Shown: piece after piece, positions 48,107 to 56,990 of the stretch
Position numbering within the stretch: the first letter of the stretch is position 1
Layout of the letters: each line of letters starts with the position of its first letter
Source of the DNA: Vicinamibacterales bacterium
GTDB taxonomy: Bacteria > Acidobacteriota > Vicinamibacteria > Vicinamibacterales > UBA8438
NCBI GenBank assembly: GCA_965207615.1
Contig: CBDBMZ010000003.1
Location: 1,069,855-1,133,854 of the forward strand
Reading direction: 5' to 3'
Length of the DNA stretch: 64,000 nucleotides
The notes under the pieces: model-generated
Databases searched by the model: none
Seen by the model: only the letters and a program-made list of their open reading frames with translations
Told to the model about the DNA's origin: nothing
Made by a program: the position numbers and the translations under genes

Positions 48107-48178
48107 CGTCGCCTCCGGCGCCGCTCCCGCCCAACCGACCCGGGCAGGAATCGGCACCGCTACCGCGGCGCAGACTCC
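48107..48178 (+). repeat. full-length single unit of the intergenic repeat family
   Basis: CGTCGCCTcCGGcgCCGC...CCCAACCgAcC...CAGGAaTCgGCaCCGcTaCCGCGgCGCAGACTCC aligns along the whole 81-bp unit in the same orientation. Confidence 0.75.
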
Positions 48179-48267
48179 AGGCGCTGACCCTCGAGCTCCT
48201 CCAGCGCCGGCAGCAAGGCATAGCGGACCCAGGTGAACCCGGGTTCGAGGTCGAGCGCCTGCTCGTA

Positions 48268-49038
48268 CTAGCGCCGCGCGGCGGCGAGGTCGTCGCGCTC
48301 GACGTTGATCTGCCCGAGCCAGGCGTAGGTGTCCATCAATCCCCAGCGGGGCCACGGGCGGTCGCGCGGCTCGGTGCGAAACGCGGCCAGAGCCCGGAGC
48401 AGCATGGCCTCGGCCCGATCCGCGCCCCCGCCGAACATGCCCGGCGTGTGCAGCTTGCCGACGCCGTCCTGCAGCAGGACCCGCGGGTTGCCGGGGGCGA
48501 GTTCCAGGGCCCGCGCGGACGCACGCGACGCCCGCCGGCCGAGGGTCATCCCCTTCCAGGCAGAGTCTATCTGCATGCCGTAGACGCTGGCCAGCAGCGC
48601 GTGCGACTCAGCGTTCCCGTCGTCGACCTCCAGGTCGCGGGTCAGCAGCTCCACGGCGTCGTCGAGCAACGCGGCCCGGTCGTCGGCGGGCACGCCGTCG
48701 GGGACCGTGAACAGCCGCCAGTTCACGTAGGCGGCCGTGTATCGCGTGATGGACCTCTGGCTTTCGGTCAGGCTGGCGTCGAGCAGCCCCCCGAGATCGG
48801 CCCGCACGGCCAGCAGTTCGGGGCCGTCTCCCAGCCCGTACGCCCGCTCCAGCCGCTCGATCAGGGCCGGGAACGTCTCGTCGAAGGCGCCCTGAGCGCC
48901 GGCCGGCGCCGGCGCCGGAACGAGGGACGTGCACGCGACGGCCGCGGCCAGGATTCGTTTCATTCGAGCTCGGCGCGATGCCGACTGGCCCGGTCGGGGC
49001 GGGTTCCCGGCGCGTTGAACGCATTTCTCCAGTTTCAT
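48268..49038 (-). CDS. secreted TPR-like helical protein, apparently truncated by an in-frame TAG
   Basis: GGGAGGTG precedes the ATG at 49038, and an alternative start is MKRILAAA at 48963. A signal peptide and helical repeats are present. The frame continues coding-like for 35 codons beyond the TAG at 48268-48270. Confidence 0.55.
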   Translation of the reverse strand: MKLEKCVQRAGNPPRPGQSASRRARMKRILAAAVACTSLVPAPAPAGAQGAFDETFPALIERLERAYGLGDGPELLAVRADLGGLLDASLTESQRSITRYTAAYVNWRLFTVPDGVPADDRAALLDDAVELLTRDLEVDDGNAESHALLASVYGMQIDSAWKGMTLGRRASRASARALELAPGNPRVLLQDGVGKLHTPGMFGGGADRAEAMLLRALAAFRTEPRDRPWPRWGLMDTYAWLGQINVERDDLAAARR

Positions 49039-49058
49039 GACACCTCCCGTGTCGTGGA

Positions 49059-51281
49059 TCACCGCAACAGCACGGTCGATCCGAAGTAGATGGCCCGCGG
49101 CATCGCGCTCGTCACGGGGCGCCGCTCGGTGAAGTCGGGCGACCACGCGTAGTCCAGCACGTTGTGCCGGCCCAGCACGTTCGTGACGCCGGCGAACAGA
49201 ATCAGGCCCTCCAGACCGAACGGACCCAGCACGCTCATGTTGAGGTCCAGCCGTTCGTAGCGCGGCGTACGGGCCGAGTTGACGGCTCCCCAGACCGGCG
49301 CGTGGCCCCCGTCGGCGAGTCGCGCGCCGTCGACCGGCGTGAACGGCCGCCCGGACGCCGTGCGCCAGCTCGCCGCGAAGTCGACGGTGTCGGTCAGCTC
49401 GAGCTCGACCGTCGCGCGGAACCCGTGCGGAATCTCGAAGTAGGGCGCCCACGTCCCCTCCCCCGGCTCGATGCCCGGGGGCGTCTCGATCGAGGTCCAG
49501 CGGCGCCGGGCCCGCAGCCAGCCGTAGACGACTTCCGCGCCGCCCCCCGGCCAGCGCACGCGCGCCGACAGGTCGACGCCGTACGCCGTCCCGTGGCCGC
49601 CGGACGAGAAGCCGGCGGCGTCCTCGAGCGGCAGGTTGCGATAGCGCTTGTGGTACGCCTCGGCCGTCAGTTGCAGCGCGTCGTCGGCGAGGCCCGACTC
49701 GTAGCCGGCGACCCAGTGCTCGGCCCGCATCGGCAGCAGGTGCACCGGGCCGCGGGCCAGCTCGTAGTAGCTGGCCGGCGCGGCCTGGCGATAGAGCCCC
49801 CACGCGAGGCGCAGGCGCCGCCGGGCGCCGGCCCGGACGAGCAGGCTCAGGCGAGGGTCGACGGTGGTCGCGCCGGCGAGGTGGAACCGGTCGACGCGGA
49901 CGCCCAGGCCCGGCACCAGCACCCCCGGCCGGCCCTCAAACTCGGCGTACGCGCCGGCATGCCGGTCGGCGAGGGTCACGTCGAACACCGACGAGCCGGC
50001 GACGCCGCCCAGGTCTCCGCGGGTCGCGGGCACGCGCCCCGACCAGGCGTTGCGCGACCGGCCGCCGTCGCCGCCGACACGCACGGTGCCCGCCGGGGTG
50101 ATGCGCGAGACGTCGGCGCGCCACGAGTGGCGTCGGTCGCGCGCCTGGATGTCGAGGACGCCGACCGACGCGTCGCTCCCGTACTCGGTCACCCCGAACG
50201 TGGCGACCGCGAGCCACCCGCCGGCCGTGACCCTCTCCCACCGCGCGTCGGCCAGCGCGTTGGCGTTGGCCGACTCCACGAAGCCCGTGAACGCCCGGTC
50301 CTCGATCTCGATCCCCACGCGCTCGCGCAACGACATCGCGAACACCTTGAACGAGCCGAGGTCCGGCGAGTCGTAGTGGCCGCTGACGTTCAGGTCCCGC
50401 GAGTCGGGGTAGCGGGTGAACGCGCGCGGCGATCGGTTGAGGCGGAACATCGGGCCCGTCTCCGACCAGTTGCCGGAGACTCGCAGGCCGCCACGCCCGC
50501 GCACCGGCAGCGCCCCGACGCCGGAGATGCCGCTCAGCAGCAGCGCCACCTGCCCGGCGGGCTCCGCCGGCCGGCCGTGCCCGTGCATCTCCAGCACGCC
50601 GCTCAGCGCGTTGCCGAAGCGAGCCGGGTACCCGCCCGAGCTGAACGAGATGTCGCTGGTGAGGAACGGGTCGACGGTGCCCCGGACGCCGCCCGTCACC
50701 CGCTCGTAGCGGTAGGGGTGGTGTACCACTGCGTCGTCGAGCAGCGTGAGGACCTCGGTCGAGTCGCCCCCGCGCACGAACAGCCCCGCCTCGTCGTTGA
50801 TCTGACTCACGCCGGCCAGGTTCTGCACGTAGAGCATGACGTCGGCCTGGGCGCCCGGCAGGGTCACGACGTCCAGGGGACCGAACGCCTGCACCGACGG
50901 CGCGGCGTCGACGGGCGCCGATGCGACGACCTCGACCAGCTCCTCGACGTCGGCGGGCTCGAGGACCACCTCGACGTCGTGCAGCGTCCCGTCCAGATCG
51001 ATCGGCACCTCGGACAGCCAGTAGCCGCTCGCGAACGCCACCAGCACCTGCGCGCCCGTGCCGCCCGAACGCAGCTCGAAGCGGCCCCCGGCGCCGGTCG
51101 CCTCGAGGGTCTGGCTGCCCCGCACGTATACCTGCGCCCCCGCCAGGGGGCGCCCGGCCGGGTCGCGCACGACACCCCGGATCACCGTCTCGGGGACGGT
51201 CTGACCTGCGTCAGCCGGTGCGGCGGGAACCGCCAGCAGCAACACGGTGACGGTGGCCATCACGACGGGTTTCCATCCCAC
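49059..51281 (-). CDS. TonB-dependent receptor with N-terminal carboxypeptidase-regulatory-like domain
   Basis: A GTG start sits 5 nt downstream of GGAGG and gives the signal peptide [45 protein letters not shown], a plug region and a beta-barrel follow. Confidence 0.8.
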   Translation of the reverse strand: MGWKPVVMATVTVLLLAVPAAPADAGQTVPETVIRGVVRDPAGRPLAGAQVYVRGSQTLEATGAGGRFELRSGGTGAQVLVAFASGYWLSEVPIDLDGTLHDVEVVLEPADVEELVEVVASAPVDAAPSVQAFGPLDVVTLPGAQADVMLYVQNLAGVSQINDEAGLFVRGGDSTEVLTLLDDAVVHHPYRYERVTGGVRGTVDPFLTSDISFSSGGYPARFGNALSGVLEMHGHGRPAEPAGQVALLLSGISGVGALPVRGRGGLRVSGNWSETGPMFRLNRSPRAFTRYPDSRDLNVSGHYDSPDLGSFKVFAMSLRERVGIEIEDRAFTGFVESANANALADARWERVTAGGWLAVATFGVTEYGSDASVGVLDIQARDRRHSWRADVSRITPAGTVRVGGDGGRSRNAWSGRVPATRGDLGGVAGSSVFDVTLADRHAGAYAEFEGRPGVLVPGLGVRVDRFHLAGATTVDPRLSLLVRAGARRRLRLAWGLYRQAAPASYYELARGPVHLLPMRAEHWVAGYESGLADDALQLTAEAYHKRYRNLPLEDAAGFSSGGHGTAYGVDLSARVRWPGGGAEVVYGWLRARRRWTSIETPPGIEPGEGTWAPYFEIPHGFRATVELELTDTVDFAASWRTASGRPFTPVDGARLADGGHAPVWGAVNSARTPRYERLDLNMSVLGPFGLEGLILFAGVTNVLGRHNVLDYAWSPDFTERRPVTSAMPRAIYFGSTVLLR

Positions 51282-51337
51282 GCGAACCTCCTCTCGGGTC
51301 CGAACCGCGATGCGCATAAACTCTCAATACAAATTTA

Positions 51338-51352
51338 CTCTAAAATATAGAG
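51338..51352. promoter_or_regulatory. palindromic operator-like site in the only AT-rich stretch of the window
   Basis: CTCTA-AAATA-TAGAG lies within 51316-51370, about 60 nt upstream of the TonB-dependent receptor start. Confidence 0.4.
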
Positions 51353-51586
51353 AACTAGCGAATGCAATGTCAAGGCCCAGGAGAACGGGACCGAACGAAG
51401 TCTCGGTACTTAGGTCAGGGCCGCCGCGCGAACGGGCGCACTGCGCCGCAGCAACAGGCGGCTCGTTGCTTCAGGAGGCGCAACCCCATGCAGGGAGCAT
51501 CGTCCTGTTCGCTTTCGGCGACCGCTCGCCGCTCGGGTTGGAGGCGTGGCTACGCGGAGCGACGTTGGCGGGGGGCCGCCCCGTCC

Positions 51587-53392
51587 TCAGCCTTGGCCCC
51601 AGCCGCACGAGCGGCCGGTGTTCTGCTCGTCGAGCCACGCCTGGAGGGGCGCGAAGTAGTCGAGGATGGCGGTGGCGTCCATCTCGCGCTCGCCGGTGCC
51701 CAGCTCCAGCGCGTCCCGCCAGGGGCGGCTCGCGCCGGCTTCCAGCATCGCCTGCAGCCGCTCCCCCGCCGCCCGGCTGCCGTAGATCGAGCAGCGGTGC
51801 AGCGGCCCCTCGTGGCCGGCCGCCTCGCACAGGGCCCGGTGGAACTGGAACTGCAGGATGTGGGCGAGGAAGTAGCGCGTGTAGGACACGTTGGCGGGGA
51901 CGTGATACTTGGCGCCGGGATCGAAATCGGCCTCGCTGCGCGGCGCGGGGGGGCTGACGCCCTGGTACGCCGTCCTGAGATTCCACCAACCCTCGTTGTA
52001 GGCATCGGGCGGAATCTCGCCGGAGAAGACCTGCCAGCGCCACTGATCGACGAGCAGGCCGAAGGGCAGGAACGCGACCTTGTCGAGCGCCAGCCGCAAG
52101 AGCAGCCCGATGTCGCCGTCGACCCGCGGCGCCCGACGCAGCAGCCCCACCTCCAGAAGATACTCGGGGGTCATGGAGAGGGCGATGGTGTCTCCGATGC
52201 CCTCGTGGAAGCCGTCGTGGGCCCCGTCCCGATCGAGCGGCGTCTGGTGCCGGTAGGCGCGCTGGTAGTAGTTGTGGCCGAGCTCGTGGTGGACGGTGAC
52301 GAAGTCCTCGCCGTTCACGTCGAGGCACATCTTGATGCGCACGTCCGAGTCGTAGTCGAGGTTCCAGGCGCTGGCGTGACAGACCACGTCGCGGTCCGGG
52401 GGCTGGACGAACAGCGACCGCTCCCAGAACGTGTCCGGCAGCGGGTCGAACCCGAGCGAGCTGAAGAAGCGCTCTCCGTAGCGCACCATCTCGATCTCGC
52501 CGACGTCCGCGTCGTCGAGCAGGTCGGTGAGGTCGTAGCCGGGGTCGGCCCGCCGGGGGGCCGCGAGATCGAAGACGTTGCCCCACGTCTGGCTCCACAT
52601 GTTGCCGAGGAGATGGGCGGGTATCGGGCCGTCGGGGGGGACGATGGCCGAGCCGTACTCGTCGGCGAGGGAGGCGCGCACGTGGCAGTGCAGCGACTCG
52701 TAGAGGGGGCTGACCTGGCCCCAGAGGCGCTCGAGCTCGGCCGTGAACGCGTCGGGGGGCATGTCGTATCCGGTCCGCCACAGCTCGCCGAGGTCGGCGA
52801 AGCCGAGATCGCGGGCCCCCGCGTTGGCGAGCTCGACGAAACGGGCGTAGGCGTCGCGCATCGGCGGGGCCACCGTCCGCCAGCCGAGCCAGAGGTCGAG
52901 CAGCTCGTCGGTGTCGCGGACCTCGGCCAGACGCCGCTCGAGCTCGGGCAGCGACAGGCACGCGTCGCCGCCCTCGGGGCAGTACTCGCCCCGTCCGTAG
53001 GCGGCCTCCATCCCCGTGGTGATGGACGCGAGCTCGGCCTGCAGGGCCGGGTCCGCGGGCGCCGCCACCCCCAGCGACGTCTTCAGCCGCAGCAGCTTGC
53101 GCCGCAGGTCCTCCGGAAGCTCGACCCCGTCGAACCGCGCCGCCTCGGCAGCGAGCTCCATGGTGAGGCCGATGACCGCGGCCTGCGCTTCGGCGGCCTG
53201 CGCCGTGGTGTCCCCGGTGATGTAGGTGCTCTGTATCCAGGCCGCCCGCCCCGTGGCTACCCACGCGTCGAGCAGCCGGGCTTCCGCGTCGACGAGAAAC
53301 GTGCGGGCCTCGTCGGCGGTCGGTGGAGGCTCGCCGCCGCACGCGGCGGCGAGCACCGCGAGCATGCCGGCGAACCGCGTGATCCGAGTCAT
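51587..53392 (-). CDS. peptidyl-dipeptidase A (angiotensin-converting-enzyme-like, peptidase M2) lipoprotein
   Basis: A lipobox (LAAACGG), HHELGH and the downstream HEGIGD glutamate are present. The product is 601 aa, and its start overlaps the purA stop. Confidence 0.85.
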   Translation of the reverse strand: MTRITRFAGMLAVLAAACGGEPPPTADEARTFLVDAEARLLDAWVATGRAAWIQSTYITGDTTAQAAEAQAAVIGLTMELAAEAARFDGVELPEDLRRKLLRLKTSLGVAAPADPALQAELASITTGMEAAYGRGEYCPEGGDACLSLPELERRLAEVRDTDELLDLWLGWRTVAPPMRDAYARFVELANAGARDLGFADLGELWRTGYDMPPDAFTAELERLWGQVSPLYESLHCHVRASLADEYGSAIVPPDGPIPAHLLGNMWSQTWGNVFDLAAPRRADPGYDLTDLLDDADVGEIEMVRYGERFFSSLGFDPLPDTFWERSLFVQPPDRDVVCHASAWNLDYDSDVRIKMCLDVNGEDFVTVHHELGHNYYQRAYRHQTPLDRDGAHDGFHEGIGDTIALSMTPEYLLEVGLLRRAPRVDGDIGLLLRLALDKVAFLPFGLLVDQWRWQVFSGEIPPDAYNEGWWNLRTAYQGVSPPAPRSEADFDPGAKYHVPANVSYTRYFLAHILQFQFHRALCEAAGHEGPLHRCSIYGSRAAGERLQAMLEAGASRPWRDALELGTGEREMDATAILDYFAPLQAWLDEQNTGRSCGWGQG

Positions 53393-54735
53393 CAACGGCT
53401 TGCCTCCCCCGCGACGACCGGCCGCGCCACCGCCCGCTCGGCCTGCCACCGCTCGACGAGCCCCCCGCGCACCAGGATGGTGTCGGCCCGATCGGAACCG
53501 GTCGAGACGATGGCGATCGGCACCCCGCTCAGGGTTTCGATGCGGGCCAGATATGCCTGCGCCTCGGTCGGCAGATCCTCGTAGCGGCGCACGCCCGCGG
53601 TGGGCCGCGACCAGCCCGGCAGGCGCTCGTACACCGGCCGGCACTCGTCGAGCACCGTGCGGCTCGACGGAAACTCCTCGAGCAGGCGATCCCCATAGCG
53701 ATAACCCGTGCACAGCGGGATCTCGTCGAGGCCGTCCAGCACGTCGAGCTTGGTGACCGCGAGCGCGTCGAGGCCGTTCACGCGCACCGCGTAGCGCACC
53801 ACCACCGCGTCGTACCAGCCGCACCGGCGGGGGCGCCCGGTCGAGGCGCCGTACTCGCGGCCGCTCTCCCGCAACAGGTCGCCCTCGGCGCCGTGCAACT
53901 CCGTCGGCAGCGGTCCCTCGCCGACCCGGGTCGTGTAGGCCTTGGCGATGCCGAGGACCGAGCCGATGGCGCGGGGGCCGATGCCGAGGCCGGTGCAGAT
54001 GCCGCCGACCGTCGCGCTCGACGAGGTGACGAACGGGTAGGTCCCGTGATCGATGTCGAGCTGGGTCCCCTGGGCGCCTTCGAACAGCACGCACTCCCCC
54101 GCCTCGAACGCCCGCGCGAGGAACACCGACGCGTCGCCGACCCAACCCTGCAGGCGGCGCGCCGCCGCGCACACCTCGGCGTGGAGCGCCCGCCAGTCGG
54201 CCGCCGCGCCCCCCAGCGCCTCGTTGCGGGCCGAGACGTTCGCGCGGATGGCCGAGGCGAGCGCGCCGTCCTCCGACGCGTCCGCGAGGTCGGCCACGCG
54301 GATGCCGCGGCGCCCTACCTTGTCCTCGTAGGTCGGCCCGATGCCCCGCGAGGTGGTGCCGATGCGCTGGTCGCCGCGCCGCGCCTCGGAGTGCGCCTCG
54401 AGGTCACGGTGGTAAGGCAGGATGACGTGGGCCCGGTCGCTGATGAGCAGGCGGTCGCCGACCTCGATGCCCTGCCCGGCGAGGGTGTCGATCTCCGAGA
54501 ACAGGGCAACCGGATCGACCACCACCCCGTTGCCGATGACGCAGCGCACCCCCGGGTGCAGGATGCCGGAGGGCAGCAGGTGGAGGATGAACTCGGTCTC
54601 GCCCACCCGCACCGTGTGACCCGCGTTGTGGCCACCCTGATAACGCGCCACAATGGACGCGCTCGGGGTGAGGAGGTCCACGACCTTGCCCTTGCCCTCG
54701 TCGCCCCACTGCGCACCGATGACCGCGATGTTCAC
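53392..54735 (-). CDS. purA: adenylosuccinate synthetase
   Basis: The GTG start gives VNIAVIGAQWGDEGKGKVVD. GHNAGHTV and TTSRGIGPTYEDK are present. Confidence 0.9.
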   Translation of the reverse strand: MNIAVIGAQWGDEGKGKVVDLLTPSASIVARYQGGHNAGHTVRVGETEFILHLLPSGILHPGVRCVIGNGVVVDPVALFSEIDTLAGQGIEVGDRLLISDRAHVILPYHRDLEAHSEARRGDQRIGTTSRGIGPTYEDKVGRRGIRVADLADASEDGALASAIRANVSARNEALGGAAADWRALHAEVCAAARRLQGWVGDASVFLARAFEAGECVLFEGAQGTQLDIDHGTYPFVTSSSATVGGICTGLGIGPRAIGSVLGIAKAYTTRVGEGPLPTELHGAEGDLLRESGREYGASTGRPRRCGWYDAVVVRYAVRVNGLDALAVTKLDVLDGLDEIPLCTGYRYGDRLLEEFPSSRTVLDECRPVYERLPGWSRPTAGVRRYEDLPTEAQAYLARIETLSGVPIAIVSTGSDRADTILVRGGLVERWQAERAVARPVVAGEASR

Positions 54736-54926
54736 GCTATTCCTCGTCGTGTGAAAGCCGGCTGCCGGATCCCCGCCGCCGAGCCGGGTGCTGCGGGGCG
54801 TTCCGGTCGGCGGCGCCAAGCGACCGATCGTAGCAGAAGGACCCGGGACGCGCATCCGTCGAGCGGAGTCGCCGAGAGCGGCGCCCGGGCGGGCCGCGGC
54901 ACCACCGGCGGCGTCCGGGGAAAGGG

Positions 54927-55994
54927 ATGCGCTTGACTGCACGGCTCCCGACGAAACGAAGGCTCCTTGCGGCCCTGGACGCGACGCCGACGCGCATGCC
55001 CGTCGTCGTCGGCGGCTGCGGGAGCGGCCGCACGTCTCTCCTGCAGCGTCTGCGGGAACGGCTCGGACCGGCGACCGTGCTGGTCGACCTCGAACGGGTC
55101 GCCACGACTCCCGAACGCTGCCTGTCGTCGGTGCTCGGGGCCCTGCGCGGGCACGCGGTGTCCCGGGACGGCGGCGCGCCCACGCCGGGCGAGCCGCGGG
55201 CCGCGTTCGATCGCCTCTGCCACCTCTTCACCCGCGCACAGGGCGCGGGCGGCGGCCCGGTCACGTTTCTCATCGACGAGATGCTCGAGATCCGAACGTT
55301 CGAGAGCTTCCCCGGGTTGCGGAACGCCTTCGCGATGTTCCGGCGGTCGCTCTGCGACAGCCCGAACCGGTTCGTCCTCACGACCCGGTTCGCGGCCCGC
55401 GCGGTGCGCCTTTTCAGCGACGCCCCCGGTCCGTTCGAGTTCGTCCATCTCCCGCCACTGACGCCCGCCGAGGTCCGAACCGCGCTCGCCGGCCTCGGCC
55501 TCGACGAGGCGGAGCACCGGCGGCGGGACACGGCGGGGCTCGTGCACGCCCTGACGGGGGGACGACCGCGCTACGTTCGCCTCCTCGCGGAGACCGCGGC
55601 CGCGCACGGAGGCAACCCGGTCGACGCCCTCGCCGCCGGGATGCGTCCCGGCGCGCATCTCGACACCGCGTGTCGGCTCTCGCGCGAGTTGCGGCTGCAC
55701 CGGGCCCGCGGGCGAGGGGCGCTCGGAGCCATCCTCCACGTCCTCGCCGCCGACGAGCCGTTGACGTTGACGGAGATCGCCACCCGCCTCGGACGCACGC
55801 CGGGGGCCGCCCGCGCCTACCTGGCCTCGCTACGGGACGTCGACCTGATCGAAACCCGCCTGAGGAGCTACCGCTACGTCGACCCGCTGCTGCGGCTCTG
55901 GGCGGGCCTGCACGGACAGGCGACTCCCCCGGACTACGAGACGCTGTCCCGCGGCGCGCGCGAATACGCGGCGGCCCGCGTCGCGGTGCTCTAG
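54927..55994 (+). CDS. ATPase (archaeal-ATPase/ORC-like AAA fold) with C-terminal winged-helix; Walker A lysine replaced by arginine
   Basis: The Walker A is GGCGSGRTSLL, the Walker B is TFLIDEM, and the C-terminus carries PLTLTEIATRLGRTPGAARAYLASL. Confidence 0.6.
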   Translation: MRLTARLPTKRRLLAALDATPTRMPVVVGGCGSGRTSLLQRLRERLGPATVLVDLERVATTPERCLSSVLGALRGHAVSRDGGAPTPGEPRAAFDRLCHLFTRAQGAGGGPVTFLIDEMLEIRTFESFPGLRNAFAMFRRSLCDSPNRFVLTTRFAARAVRLFSDAPGPFEFVHLPPLTPAEVRTALAGLGLDEAEHRRRDTAGLVHALTGGRPRYVRLLAETAAAHGGNPVDALAAGMRPGAHLDTACRLSRELRLHRARGRGALGAILHVLAADEPLTLTEIATRLGRTPGAARAYLASLRDVDLIETRLRSYRYVDPLLRLWAGLHGQATPPDYETLSRGAREYAAARVAVL

Positions 55995-56002
55995 CCGCTT
56001 CG

Positions 56003-56045
56003 AGGAGCCCGCACCACTCTACGGCGCGGCCTCCCGGCCCGCCCC
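56003..56045 (+). repeat. hairpin module plus start of the next 5' box of the intergenic repeat family
   Basis: AGGAGCCCGCACCACTCTACGGCGCGGCCTCCCGGCCCGCCCC aligns with the family unit. The TAG of rnc lies in the TCTACGG loop. Confidence 0.6.
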
Positions 56046-56990
56046 TTCGAGGTCCGCTAGGGCCCGCTCGGCCGCGCGCTGCTCCGATTCCTTCTTGCTG
56101 CGGCCCTCGCCTCGGGCCAGCGCCTCGTCCCCCACCCGGATCTCGGTCTCGAAGACGCGCCGGTGGGCCGGACCGCTGGTGCCCACGAGCTCGTACCGCG
56201 GCAGGCCCCGCTCGCGGGACTGCAGCCATTCCTGCAGCGCCGACTTGTGGTCCCGGGTCATGCCGGGCGAGACCCCGCCGGCGCGGACGGCGTCGAGCTG
56301 GGGCCTGAACCACAGCTCGACGAACCGGTCCGCCGCCTCCACGCCCCCGTCGAGGTACACGGCGGCCACCACCGCCTCGAACGTGTCGGCGATCAGCGAC
56401 CGCTTGGTGCGGCCGCCGGTCCTCTCCTCTCCGCGCCCGAGGAGGAGATGGTCGCCGAGACCCAGCCGCTCGCCGACCCGGGCCAGGGCCGCCGACGAGA
56501 CGAGCGCGGCCCGCGCCTTCGACTTCTGCCCCTCGTTCCAGTCCGGGCACTCGCGAAACAACCGGTCCGAGATCACGAACCCGAGCACCGCGTCGCCGAG
56601 AAACTCGAGCGACTCGTTGTCGCGGACCCCGCCGCTGGCGTCCTCGTGGGCGCGCGACCGGTGGGTCAGGGCGTGCTCGAGCAGCCCGGGGTCGCGGAAG
56701 CGGTAGCCGAGCGCCTCCTCGACGGCGCGGAACTCGTCCCGGATGCGCGTCACCCGGTCGGAGACCTGCCGGCCGAACTCGGCGATGAGGCGGCGGGCGC
56801 GTTGGGCCTGGTCGCCGCGCACCGTCAGCCGCACCTCGCCCAGGCCGCTGACGGTGAGGGGGAAGATGGCCTGGGGCGCTCCCGACGAGACGACCGCCTC
56901 GATGCCGCGGGTCTCGAGGAGCCCGCTCACCACGTGGGCCTCGATCGTGGACTGGGTCCGGAACACGACCTGCGGGCCGGCGTCGGTCAC
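56019..56990 (-). CDS. rnc: ribonuclease III with an about 80-aa N-terminal DUF2007-like extension
   Basis: The RNase III signature NESLEFLGDAVL and a C-terminal dsRBD (KSALQEWLQ...) are present. The N-terminus VVFRTQSTIEAHVVSGLLETRGIEAVV is an add-on. The GTG start overlaps the upstream stop (GTGA). Confidence 0.85.
   Translation of the reverse strand: MTDAGPQVVFRTQSTIEAHVVSGLLETRGIEAVVSSGAPQAIFPLTVSGLGEVRLTVRGDQAQRARRLIAEFGRQVSDRVTRIRDEFRAVEEALGYRFRDPGLLEHALTHRSRAHEDASGGVRDNESLEFLGDAVLGFVISDRLFRECPDWNEGQKSKARAALVSSAALARVGERLGLGDHLLLGRGEERTGGRTKRSLIADTFEAVVAAVYLDGGVEAADRFVELWFRPQLDAVRAGGVSPGMTRDHKSALQEWLQSRERGLPRYELVGTSGPAHRRVFETEIRVGDEALARGEGRSKKESEQRAAERALADLEGAGREAAP

Noticed and set aside
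51530-51580. A possible reverse-orientation, degenerate copy of the 81-bp repeat (GGGTTGG...CGGAGC...GACGTTGGCGGGG).
   Set aside because: The similarity is patchy and would be the only inverted copy. It is too weak to call without an alignment tool. A similarly weak forward match at 17255-17300 was also left uncalled.
51370-51586. A riboswitch (for example cobalamin or TPP) in the long untranslated region upstream of the TonB-dependent receptor.
   Set aside because: I could not find a B12 box, a TPP CUGAGA/ACCUGA core or other riboswitch signatures by eye on the minus strand. A covariance-model scan is needed to exclude one.
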